From Anaerolineae bacterium (lineage in GTDB: Bacteria; Chloroflexota; Anaerolineae; Epilineales; Epilineaceae), in assembly GCA_038913135.1 (NCBI GenBank), contig JBCLES010000012.1, positions 1,036-65,035 on the forward strand: a stretch of 64,000 nucleotides of DNA, in the 5' to 3' direction. Numbering within the stretch: position 1 is the first letter of the stretch; every line of letters begins with the position of its first letter. The notes under the pieces were generated by a model that was not told the origin of the DNA, did no database searches, and saw only the letters and a list, made by a program, of their open reading frames with translations. The position numbers were made by a program, and so were the translations under genes. This document shows positions 37,831-46,309 of the stretch, one piece after another.

Positions 37831-39363
37831 GTGTTCGTCACAGCCATTATCGCTCTGCCGCTGGCTTATCTTCTCTACCGCGCGGCACTTTCCCCGACGG
37901 CCGCATTTCGCATCCTCGTCCATCCTTCTACCGCGATCACGTTGGGCAAGACGCTGCTCCTAACAACTTGCACTGTCGCGCTTTCGATCGCGATCGGCGC
38001 GCCACTCGCATGGCTTACGGAGTCCACGGACCTTCGATGGCGCCGGGCGTGGTCCATCCTGCTAACGCTGCCCCTCGTCATCCCAAGTTACGTCGCCGCA
38101 TATCTCTATGCCGCAGCACTCGGACCTCGTGGGCTCCTGCAGGGCGTGCTCGATCAGGCGTTCGGCGTCCAGCGCCTACCATCGCTTTATGGTTTCCCAG
38201 GTGCGTTGCTCGTGCTCACGGCCGTAGCTTATCCGTACGTGTTCCTCACGACACGTGCAGGAATCGCGAGACTCGACGAATCCCAGATCGAGGCGGCGCG
38301 CGATCTTGGTCGCGGCCCCGTCGGCGCATTTTTCGCGGTCGCTTGGCCGCAGCTCAAGCCGGCGATACTCGCGGGCGGTCTACTGGTGGCGCTCTACGCC
38401 ATCCGAGACTTCGGCGCGGTTTCGATAATGCGCTACGACACGCTGACCCGCGTGATCCATACCCAATATCGGGCGGCGATGGATCGGAGCGGTGCATCGG
38501 CGCTCGCCCTCGTGCTCATTCTCGTCGCCTTGCTCGTCTTCGTTGTCGAGCGCCGGGCGCGCGGTGGGCCGCAGGCCGTGGCTGCCACCGTCCGCACGCC
38601 TCATCGTTCACAACCTACACCCTTAGGCCGGGCCGGTTGGCCGGCCGTTGCCGCCTGCGCTACCGTCGCCACGATCGCGCTAGTCGTGCCGGGAGCGGTG
38701 CTGACAATGTGGCTTTTCAGAGGAATGGCTGCAGGTGTTTCGCTAGGTTCCGGAGCAGTTGTCGCTGCGGCCACCGGCCGATCACTTCTGGCCGGAAGTC
38801 TTGCCGCAATCGCCACCGTCGCGGCCGCGCTTCCGATCGCCTGGCTCGGGGCTCGCGACCGCGGTCGTTTCGGACGGGCCGCGGAGGCCATCGGGCATGT
38901 CGGCTACGCGTTGCCGGGTGTCGCAGTCGCACTCGCTTTCGCCTTCATCGGCGTTCGCTGGGCAGGAGCGCTGTACCAATCGATCTGGATCTTGATCATC
39001 GCGTACGTCGTTCTCTTTCTTCCACTTGCGGCCGACCCGGCTAGAGCGGCGATCATGCGCGTCGACCCGCGACTGGAGGCGGCTGCGCGAGGACTCGGGC
39101 GGCGCCCCTTCCAAGCGTTCCGTTCCGTCACGTTGCCGCTCATCGCGCCTGGAATCGGGGCCGGCACGGCACTCGTCTTCCTCAGCGCGGCCAAGGAGCT
39201 GCCCGCCACTTTGATCCTTGGACCTTACGGGTTCTCGACTCTGGCCACCATGGTCTGGAGCAGAGTTTCGGAGGCCTTCTTCGCGGAGGCCGCGCTCCCA
39301 GCCCTCCTCCTGATCCTCGTATCCTCACTACCTACCGCGGCCCTCACGTTGAGGCGACGGTGA
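37831..39363 (+). CDS. Fe(III)-type ABC transporter permease, duplicated BPD_transp_1 domains (FbpB/AfuB-like)
   Basis: Two permease modules with EAA-like loops (…IEAARDLGRGPVGAFFAV… and …LEAAARGLGRRPFQAFRSV…). GTG start. Confidence 0.85.
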   Translation: MFVTAIIALPLAYLLYRAALSPTAAFRILVHPSTAITLGKTLLLTTCTVALSIAIGAPLAWLTESTDLRWRRAWSILLTLPLVIPSYVAAYLYAAALGPRGLLQGVLDQAFGVQRLPSLYGFPGALLVLTAVAYPYVFLTTRAGIARLDESQIEAARDLGRGPVGAFFAVAWPQLKPAILAGGLLVALYAIRDFGAVSIMRYDTLTRVIHTQYRAAMDRSGASALALVLILVALLVFVVERRARGGPQAVAATVRTPHRSQPTPLGRAGWPAVAACATVATIALVVPGAVLTMWLFRGMAAGVSLGSGAVVAAATGRSLLAGSLAAIATVAAALPIAWLGARDRGRFGRAAEAIGHVGYALPGVAVALAFAFIGVRWAGALYQSIWILIIAYVVLFLPLAADPARAAIMRVDPRLEAAARGLGRRPFQAFRSVTLPLIAPGIGAGTALVFLSAAKELPATLILGPYGFSTLATMVWSRVSEAFFAEAALPALLLILVSSLPTAALTLRRR

Positions 39364-40487
39364 ACATGGAAGAATCGCATTTGGGCACGCTCGACGAAGT
39401 GGTGGTCTGCACGGATCTCTCCCGAGATTATGGCCAGGTCCGCGCCGTCGATAGCCTCAACTTAACGGTTCGTCGGGGCGAGATCATGGCGCTCCTGGGG
39501 CCGAGCGGCTGCGGCAAGACGACGACGCTTCGGTTGATCGCCGGCTTCGAGGTCCCGAATGCGGGCGTCGTTGAGATCGACGGGCACGTCGTCGCGTCTT
39601 CGAGCCGCTTCGTCCAGCCTGAAGGGCGCGCGGTCGGGATGGTTTTCCAGGACTACGCACTCTTTCCTCACCTCAACGTCGCCCGCAACGTGGCCTTTGG
39701 TCTGCACGGGAAGCGCGATCGGACGGATCGACTTGAGTACGTAACCCGACTTCTATCAGTGATAGGGCTTGGCGGGCTTGGAGGTCGCATGCCGCACGAG
39801 CTCTCCGGTGGCCAGCAGCAACGTGTCGCCCTGGCCCGCGCTCTTGCCCCGAGGCCGTCTGTGCTCTTGCTCGACGAACCCTTTTCGAATCTGGACGCCA
39901 GACTTCGAAACGTCGTCCGCTCCGAGGTCCGCGACATCCTTCGGCAATCCGGGGCCAGCGCTATTTTCGTCACACATGACCAGGACGAGGCGCTCATGAT
40001 GGGAGATCGCATCGCCGTGCTCAACGGTGGTCGCTTGGAGCAGGTCGGCGCACCTGAGGTGGTCTTCGAACGCCCCGCGAGCCGTTTCGTCGCCGACTTC
40101 TTGGGCAGGAGCGACTTCCTGCCAGGGACTATCAACAGCGATGGAGTGCTGACCGAGATCGGACGGATGCCGCAGTCCAGCGGCTTGGCCGACGGCGCGG
40201 AGGTCGACGTCCTTGTCCGCCACACCGACATCGACATCCGAGCTATCGATCCGGATCCGGGAGCCGGGGTTGCCCGGATCGTAGAACGCACGTTCCAGGG
40301 CCTGAGCATCGCGTATCGTATCGCTCTGCCATCGGGCGGCACGGTGCAATGCCTTGTCGATCGTGCGCGTTGGCTGGAAGTGAATACGGCTGTACAGATC
40401 GACGTCCTACCGCAACGAATTGCTGCCTGCTATGTCAACGGCCGGCTCGCCGGCCTGGACAGCGGTGCTATACTCGGGACTCAATAA
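39360..40487 (+). CDS. ABC transporter ATP-binding protein (FbpC/PotA-like)
   Basis: Walker A (GPSGCGKTT), signature LSGGQQQRVALARAL, Walker B (LLLDEPFSNLD), plus a C-terminal TOBE-like domain. Four-nt overlap with the permease gene. Confidence 0.9.
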   Translation: MNMEESHLGTLDEVVVCTDLSRDYGQVRAVDSLNLTVRRGEIMALLGPSGCGKTTTLRLIAGFEVPNAGVVEIDGHVVASSSRFVQPEGRAVGMVFQDYALFPHLNVARNVAFGLHGKRDRTDRLEYVTRLLSVIGLGGLGGRMPHELSGGQQQRVALARALAPRPSVLLLDEPFSNLDARLRNVVRSEVRDILRQSGASAIFVTHDQDEALMMGDRIAVLNGGRLEQVGAPEVVFERPASRFVADFLGRSDFLPGTINSDGVLTEIGRMPQSSGLADGAEVDVLVRHTDIDIRAIDPDPGAGVARIVERTFQGLSIAYRIALPSGGTVQCLVDRARWLEVNTAVQIDVLPQRIAACYVNGRLAGLDSGAILGTQ

Positions 40488-40496
40488 TCGATTCGA

Positions 40497-40720
40497 GCCT
40501 TCAGGGCAGGGTGAGGCGTCTCGAGCGCCAATTCCCGACCGGCGGTATGGATCTGGGAGAATTGCAATTCGGCCTTAGCCGAGCCCATTTTCGAGCCCGC
40601 GAGCCGACTCGACATGCCGACGGCCTCTCGCCTGCGAGAACCCGCCGAACGCGGTCGATGAAGCAGACCTGGTGCGATGCCAGGGCCGACGGTACAGTCC
40701 GGATGGGAGAAGGCAAGTGC
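40497..40720 (+). promoter_or_regulatory. FMN riboswitch (RFN element) in the leader of the rib operon
   Basis: Conserved cores: AGGGCAGGGTGA…AATTCCCGACCGGCGGTA…AGCCCGCGAGC…CAGACCTGGTGCGATGCCAGGGCCGACGGTACAGTCCGGATGGGAGAAGG. The downstream leader has a hairpin (GCCCTGCGGG…CCGGAGGGC) containing GGAGGG, which may sequester the SD of ribD. Confidence 0.8.
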
Positions 40721-40904
40721 CGGCACGTGAATGCGTGCTCGTGCCGTGGTCCCCAGATCCGGCCCGGGTCGCGTTGCGTGTGGTTCGTGGTGTGGCGCGT
40801 TTTATGGCGCGGATGACAGCGCGGTGCCCACCAAAGAGCCGGTCGGCGCGTTCCCTCTCCCAAGCCCTGCGGGTTCTTCCCGGAGGGCGTTTTTCTTGAA
40901 CACG

Positions 40905-42080
40905 ATGTACGGCGATCCGATATTCGAGGTGTCGCACGCCATGCGGCGCGCGCTCGAGCTTGCTGCACTAGGCGAGGGCCGCACCGCGCCAAACCCTCCC
41001 GTGGGCGCGGTGATCGTGCGCGACGGCCAGGTGATCGGCGAAGGCCATCACGCGCGGGTCGGCGAGCCTCACGCTGAAGTCATGGCACTGCGCGATGCCG
41101 GCGAACGGGCGCGCGGCGCGACGCTGTTCGTGACGCTTGAACCCTGCGTCCACCAGGGCCGCACGCGTCCATGCGTGGACGCGGTTGTAGGTGCGGGCAT
41201 CGCACGCGTTCATGTTGGCGTTGTCGATCCGAATCCGAGAGTCTCCGGGCGGGGCATCGAGCTGATGCGCGCAGCCGGCATGAAGGTCGAAGTCGGCCTG
41301 TATGCCGCGGCCGCGCGGGCGCTGATCGCTCCCTATGCTGAACTGATGCTGCATGGACGACCGCATGTGACGGCCAAGTACGCCATGACGCTCGACGGGC
41401 GCATCGCGACGCGGTCGGGAGATAGCCGGTGGGTAAGCGGCGAGGCATCGCGCCGCAGAGCCCATGCGATGCGGGATGCCGCTGACGCGATCCTGGTCGG
41501 CGCCGGGACGGTGCTGGCGGATGATCCATGTCTGACCACGCGCAATCCGGACATCGAACGCGACCCGCCACCTCGATCACCCTTGCGGGTAATTCTGGAC
41601 AGCCGCGGCCGGCTTCCGCTTACTTCCCGGGTTTTCGACCCCGCTCTACTGGGCCAAACCTTGTTGGCGACGGTCGATGCTCCGGCTGACGTCGTCGAAG
41701 CCTTGATCGAGCGTGGGATCGACGTGATTCGCTTACCGGAAGACGGGACTGGACGCGTGTCGCTACCGGCGCTCCTCGACGATCTCGGCGACCGCGGGAT
41801 CATGGCCCTGTTGGTCGAAGGTGGGGCCGGAGTGCTCGGCGCATTCTTCGACGGGGCATTGGTGCAGCGCTGCTGCGCGTTCGTCGCGCCCAAAATCGTC
41901 GGCGGGGCGGAGGCTCCGGGACCGGTTGGGGGTCTCGGTGCAGCCCGGATGAACGAATCGATCGGTTCGATCGAAACGCGGTTTGAACGTCTTGGGGACG
42001 ACTTGCTGATCACGGCCGAAATGGCGTCTTTCGAGATGGGCGGGATTCGGGAAGACCCCGAGGCGGAGGGCGACAGCTGA
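40905..42080 (+). CDS. ribD: Bifunctional diaminohydroxyphosphoribosylaminopyrimidine deaminase / 5-amino-6-(5-phosphoribosylamino)uracil reductase
   Basis: Deaminase zinc motifs (HAEVMAL, TLEPCVHQGRTRPC) and a reductase domain (KYAMTLDGRIA…). Confidence 0.9.
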   Translation: MYGDPIFEVSHAMRRALELAALGEGRTAPNPPVGAVIVRDGQVIGEGHHARVGEPHAEVMALRDAGERARGATLFVTLEPCVHQGRTRPCVDAVVGAGIARVHVGVVDPNPRVSGRGIELMRAAGMKVEVGLYAAAARALIAPYAELMLHGRPHVTAKYAMTLDGRIATRSGDSRWVSGEASRRRAHAMRDAADAILVGAGTVLADDPCLTTRNPDIERDPPPRSPLRVILDSRGRLPLTSRVFDPALLGQTLLATVDAPADVVEALIERGIDVIRLPEDGTGRVSLPALLDDLGDRGIMALLVEGGAGVLGAFFDGALVQRCCAFVAPKIVGGAEAPGPVGGLGAARMNESIGSIETRFERLGDDLLITAEMASFEMGGIREDPEAEGDS

Positions 42081-42715
42081 TGTTCACCGGAATCGTGGAA
42101 GAGGTCGGGCGTCTTAGCGCGGTCGCCCGGCGTGGGGATATCGTTGTCTTTTCGATCAAATGCAAACTGGTGGTCGAAGATCTTACGATCGGCGATAGCG
42201 TCGCGGTCAATGGGGCATGCCTCACGGCGGTGGCGGTGCGGGCCGACGGCTTCGACGTCGAGCTGGTGCCGGAGACGCTGCGTCGCACCAATCTCGGCGA
42301 CCGCGTCGCCGGCGATCCGATCAACCTGGAGCGCTCGCTCTCCGCGCACGGGCGCTTTGGCGGACACGTGGTGCAGGGCCATGTAGATGCGACAGGCGAG
42401 GTGGTCGAAGTGTCGTCCGACGGAGTGGGCGGTTCACTTCTGATCCGGGTCCGCACGCCGGGCGGCGTGATGCGCTATGTCGTACCCAAGGGCTACGTGG
42501 CCTTGGACGGTATGAGCCTGACCGTAGTCGATGTCGACGATTTGAGCGACACGTTTCGGATAGCGCTCATCCCACACACCCTTGATCACACGGTAGCCGG
42601 CGCATATGAGCGCGGATCCATTGTCAATTTGGAGGCGGACATTCTCGGCAAGTACGTGGAGCGGCTCGCCGCTGCACGCTTGCGACCAAGTGATGATGAG
42701 GAGGAAGCACCATGA
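42080..42715 (+). CDS. ribE: Riboflavin synthase (alpha subunit)
   Basis: [10 protein letters not shown]…NGACLTAV…, duplicated lumazine-binding halves (…[10 protein letters not shown]…). One-nt TGATG overlap with ribD. Confidence 0.9.
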   Translation: MFTGIVEEVGRLSAVARRGDIVVFSIKCKLVVEDLTIGDSVAVNGACLTAVAVRADGFDVELVPETLRRTNLGDRVAGDPINLERSLSAHGRFGGHVVQGHVDATGEVVEVSSDGVGGSLLIRVRTPGGVMRYVVPKGYVALDGMSLTVVDVDDLSDTFRIALIPHTLDHTVAGAYERGSIVNLEADILGKYVERLAAARLRPSDDEEEAP

Positions 42716-43593
42716 GCTGGAGCAGCGCGAAGGAAGCTTTGTCTGAGATCAAGGCGGGACGACTGCTGATCGTAACCGACGCCGCGGATCGCGAGAATGA
42801 GGGCGACCTTGTAGTAGCGGCGGAACACGCGACGCCCGAAGTGATCAACTTCATGGTGACGCACGGGCGTGGGCTTGTCTGTGTGCCGATGCGTCCAGAG
42901 CGGCTCGACGCGCTTGAATTACCGTTGATGGTCGCCCACAACACGACGCCTCACGGCACGGCTTTCACCGTCCCGGTCGATGCGCGCGAGGGGACGACGA
43001 CCGGCATTTCCGCCGAAGAGCGGGCCACGACGATTGCCGCGCTCATCGATCCGTCGACTCGACCCGATGCGCTGCTCCGACCAGGGCATGTTTTCCCGTT
43101 GCGCTCCGATCCGGGCGGCGTTTTGGCGCGGGCCGGCCATACGGAGGCGGCGGTCGACTTGGCGCATCTTGCGGGCTGCTACCCAGCCGGCGTTGTGTGC
43201 GAGATTCTGGACGATGACGGAACGATGGCACGCGGTCCGGCCCTTGAGGCCTTCGCGGCGCGACACGGGATCAAGCGTCTCGCGATCGCAGACCTGATCC
43301 AGCACCTCGCCGGCTCGGGCGCGAGCGTTTCAGTCCCGTGGACGGCGACGAACGCGAAAGAGGGTGAGACAGCTGGCGAAATTTATCGCAATGCGCCCCC
43401 CTCGGCGCCGGCCGCGATTGCTGAAGGGGCGACTGTCGAAGGCTCGATTCACGAAAGGGCGATTGTCGAAAGCGCGACTTTCGTTGGGGCCACTGTCGAT
43501 CGGGCGATTCCGGCGGCCGCCGTGAGTGACTCCGCTCAGCCGCATCGAGCCGCGACGTTCGCTCTGTTCAGCGGTTCGGGAGATCGCTCGTGA
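42712..43593 (+). CDS. ribB: 3,4-dihydroxy-2-butanone-4-phosphate synthase (RibB domain only) with an ~85-aa C-terminal tail of decapeptide-like repeats; no GTP cyclohydrolase II domain
   Basis: DHBPS motifs ([33 protein letters not shown]). The C-terminus, [30 protein letters not shown], is encoded by three ~30-nt imperfect tandem repeats. Confidence 0.85.
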   Translation: MSWSSAKEALSEIKAGRLLIVTDAADRENEGDLVVAAEHATPEVINFMVTHGRGLVCVPMRPERLDALELPLMVAHNTTPHGTAFTVPVDAREGTTTGISAEERATTIAALIDPSTRPDALLRPGHVFPLRSDPGGVLARAGHTEAAVDLAHLAGCYPAGVVCEILDDDGTMARGPALEAFAARHGIKRLAIADLIQHLAGSGASVSVPWTATNAKEGETAGEIYRNAPPSAPAAIAEGATVEGSIHERAIVESATFVGATVDRAIPAAAVSDSAQPHRAATFALFSGSGDRS

Positions 43594-44081
43594 TACACGA
43601 AGGCCGCGCCGACGGCGATGGGCTGAAGGTCGGCATCGTAGTCGCGCGCTGGAACGAGCGTGTTACGCGCGCACTTCTGGATGGAGCGCTGGGCGCACTT
43701 CGGCGCGCCGGTGTCGACTCGGGTGCGGCAGGCGAAGGCGATGGTGTCGAGGTCGCATGGGTGCCTGGGGCTTGGGAAATCCCGCTCGCCGCGTCCTGGA
43801 TGGCCGAAAGCGGTCGCTTCGCGGCCATCGTTTGCCTCGGCGCCGTCATCCGGGGCGAGACGCCGCACTTCGACTTCATAGCGGGCGGCGCGATGCGCGG
43901 TATAGCCGACGTCGCGATCCGTACAGGCGTGCCGGTCTCGGCCGGCATCCTGACATGTGACACTTCCGAGCAAGCGCTCGAGCGTTCGGGGCTGAAGGGC
44001 GGCAACAAGGGCGCGGAGGCCGCGCTCGCGGCGTTGGAGATGGCGCGGCTGCGGGAGAAGTTGGTGGTCGACGCGCCGTAA
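43590..44081 (+). CDS. ribH: 6,7-dimethyl-8-ribityllumazine synthase
   Basis: [12 protein letters not shown]…[13 protein letters not shown]…[15 protein letters not shown]… GTG start overlapping the ribB stop. Confidence 0.9.
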   Translation: MIHEGRADGDGLKVGIVVARWNERVTRALLDGALGALRRAGVDSGAAGEGDGVEVAWVPGAWEIPLAASWMAESGRFAAIVCLGAVIRGETPHFDFIAGGAMRGIADVAIRTGVPVSAGILTCDTSEQALERSGLKGGNKGAEAALAALEMARLREKLVVDAP

Positions 44082-44086
44082 AAGGT

Positions 44087-45079
44087 TCAGATCCTCGGTC
44101 GAGTCATCGGCGCGATCCCGACCACGGCGTCCGCTACGTCCGGCAGATGGGCATAACCGCTCGGATATCGGAAGCGGAAGATCGGGACTATCTCCACCAA
44201 GCGCGCAAGCCGGGCCAGCCTCTGCGGTTGGAGACCGCGGTCTTCGATAGCTCGCGGAGAGAAGGTGTTCTGGGTCAATTCGAGCATCGCTTCGGTCGGC
44301 CCAAGCCGTTCGAACCAAAACTCTCCGTTCTCGGGGGGCAGGGGTGCTGCCGATTCGAAAGTTGAAGTCTGGACGCCCTTATCGCGTTCTTCGCGCGTCG
44401 GGATGATTATCGCGCCGAGCGTTGCGGGCTCGGAGTGGAATGCGCCGAAGAGGCCGGTCCCGATCGGAACACGCACTTTGCGATAAGCGCGGTGCACTAT
44501 TGGCAACTGCCGCCACGCCTCGCCGACGAAGTACTCTGCACCATCCGGCCACATCCGCATCTGTGGATAGCCGGGGTTCGCACTGATTCTCGAATTGAAT
44601 CCGGGCCGAATCCCCTGCTGTCCCGGGTCCACTTTCAGCGCAAGGATGTCGTCCGTGAGCAGTCCATACCCCTTGGCGACAAGCGCCGCGGCAAGTCCTG
44701 TCTTTCCACCGCGGCTGGTGGCCATGAAAGCGACCGCCTGGCCATCAATCACCACGGCTGAAGCGTGCAACGCGAGGGCTCCCCGATACTCGAGCCAAGT
44801 CGTCATCGCAGAACTCAGAAAATGAATCTCGGCCATCGTGTCGGGCTCACCCGCGGGGACATGCGCTACGATCCGATCTGCGAAGATCCGAAAGTCGACC
44901 ACATCGGTTACTCGGATGCCCGCCAATGGCGCACCGGACGCATCGTCGCTTAAAGGCACGGGATCAGTGGTCATCTCGAAGCGGAGATCGACTTGTGAGC
45001 CCTTCGGCGCCGGCAGTAGAGGGCTCTCGAAATCGTGCTCGCAACCGATCGTCACGCCATAGACGCGCCGGAGCTTCAT
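44087..45079 (-). CDS. HprK-related P-loop kinase-like protein
   Basis: The central block ALALHASAVVIDGQAVAFMATSRGGKTGLAAALVAKGYGLLTDDILAL resembles the HPr kinase C-terminal nucleotide-binding domain (Walker-A-like SRGGKTG). The rest is novel. Confidence 0.55.
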   Translation of the reverse strand: MKLRRVYGVTIGCEHDFESPLLPAPKGSQVDLRFEMTTDPVPLSDDASGAPLAGIRVTDVVDFRIFADRIVAHVPAGEPDTMAEIHFLSSAMTTWLEYRGALALHASAVVIDGQAVAFMATSRGGKTGLAAALVAKGYGLLTDDILALKVDPGQQGIRPGFNSRISANPGYPQMRMWPDGAEYFVGEAWRQLPIVHRAYRKVRVPIGTGLFGAFHSEPATLGAIIIPTREERDKGVQTSTFESAAPLPPENGEFWFERLGPTEAMLELTQNTFSPRAIEDRGLQPQRLARLARLVEIVPIFRFRYPSGYAHLPDVADAVVGIAPMTRPRI

Positions 45080-45780
45080 TTGCGCTGCCTATTGGCGACG
45101 TGCGCGAACCGCCGCTGGAACCACATTCGAATCCGTTTTGCACGCCCCGCCTTCCGAAAACGTACGGCCCAAGGTGAGATGAAAGCGGCATCGAAATCAT
45201 CGTCGCGGACAAAGCCCCGTCGGGCAAACGCCGTCGCCCAATACTCCGGCGGTTGGACGTTCACATGTGTAGGCTCGTCAAGGTCGGTCGGCGACGAAGA
45301 GAAAAGGATGTCGTCAGTGTGAGCGCAGAGAACGTCGAGCGCCCGTTCGCCGTCTTCGGCTGACAGATGCTCCAGAATCTCGATACAGGTGATCAAGTCG
45401 TAGCGGCCCGGAAGGGGCTCGAGCGCGCTCCCGACCGTGCAATAAGCTGAGAGGTCGGCCGGCACTTGCCCGATCGCGTACTCGGAAACATCGATGCCCC
45501 TCGCATCCACACCGCGTTCGCGCAAAGCTTCGACCAGCATCCCGATCGCGCAACCTAAGTCCATGACCGTCTTGGGGCCGATATCGGCCACAATTCTGTC
45601 GGCGACATCGCCGAAGAAGCTCATCCAGCGGTCGTCACGCCGGTACGGATGAGGTCCACAGCCACCCGCGTAGTAAGCTGCGTCGTAGGCATCGGGCGGT
45701 GGTGTAGAGGGTGGGGGTGACGAGGGCGGAGGTGTCGATGGCAGGGGTGTCGAGGCCGCGCCGGATCCCGATGTGCTCAC
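45076..45780 (-). CDS. Class I SAM-dependent methyltransferase (Methyltransf_23-like) with Pro/Ser/Thr-rich N-terminus
   Basis: YDAAYYAGGCGPHPYRRDDRWMSFFGDVADRIVADIGPKTVMDLGCAIGML (SAM motif I), and motif II (DLITCIEILEHL). GTG start at 45780 with GAGGTGAG upstream. ATGA overlap with the kinase-like gene. Confidence 0.7.
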   Translation of the reverse strand: MSTSGSGAASTPLPSTPPPSSPPPSTPPPDAYDAAYYAGGCGPHPYRRDDRWMSFFGDVADRIVADIGPKTVMDLGCAIGMLVEALRERGVDARGIDVSEYAIGQVPADLSAYCTVGSALEPLPGRYDLITCIEILEHLSAEDGERALDVLCAHTDDILFSSSPTDLDEPTHVNVQPPEYWATAFARRGFVRDDDFDAAFISPWAVRFRKAGRAKRIRMWFQRRFAHVANRQRK

Positions 45781-45904
45781 GTTCTCACCTCGGTTACGGC
45801 GGCCGGGATTGGACCGCAATTGTCCGGTACTCCGTATGCCGCCGTGCGCGCCTTGGAACGTTCGAAACGACTGTGGCGCGTCGCGTACAAGTCCAGCCAT
45901 CCGT

Positions 45905-46077
45905 GCCCGTCGAGATCCAGTGTGGCCAAAATCTGTCCGACGACCATCTCCTGCCTCACGCGAAGCCGCGAAGGGACTTCCTTCCAGTGAGGCCTACCTT
46001 CGCGCCCTCCGCGCCTTCGCGTGAGATTAGACCGGGAAGGATTACCGGACAGATTTTGGCCACACCCGTCGAGATCC
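45905..46077. repeat. Complex repeat element: a 20-bp perfect inverted repeat (GTGTGGCCAAAATCTGTCCG at 45919-45938, and its reverse complement at 46045-64) flanked by a 14-bp direct repeat CCCGTCGAGATCCA (45905-18 and 46064-77), enclosing a nested CTCACGCGAAG / CTTCGCGTGAG hairpin
   Basis: Read directly from the sequence; see the matching finding. Confidence 0.7.
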
Positions 46078-46309
46078 ATGGTGACCGCCGAAGATGATCA
46101 ATGATCAACGAAGCATGCGGACTGCTCCGCCATGTCTTCGAACGAGCCGTCGCCCGGGCACTGTATCAATCGTTCGGAACAGTGTCAATGGCGTCGCACT
46201 CAAACGCAAAGATGTGCTCGAAAGTGGGAACGTTCTCCAATGGAAGCTGATCGACGCCCTCTCCATCCCGCTGCATCTGTGGGGTTGCACTTAAGCTATT
46301 CTGCCGCCC

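Noticed and set aside
37791-39044. 417-aa + strand ORF overlapping the permease gene out of frame
   Set aside because: The translation is extremely Arg-rich (RRRR… runs). The alternative frame (37831-39363) gives a canonical two-domain ABC permease with EAA loops.
41333-42382. 349-aa minus ORF antisense to ribD/ribE, and 43536-44318 antisense to ribH
   Set aside because: The rib genes on the + strand are supported by the riboswitch and strong motifs. The antisense ORFs have no features.
43340-43593. Searched the RibB C-terminal tail for a degenerate GTP cyclohydrolase II domain
   Set aside because: No CxxC/C zinc-ligand motifs or the RxHSE…GD block are present. The tail is a decapeptide repeat, so it was not called as RibA.
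45777-46079. 100-aa minus-strand ORF ending in an overlap with the methyltransferase start, considered as a possible precursor peptide for the kinase/MTase pair
   Set aside because: Arg/Gly-rich, non-protein-like composition. Its internal 'repeat' is produced by the nucleotide inverted repeat. More parsimonious as a transcribed structured leader, and kept as a finding about the repeat element instead.
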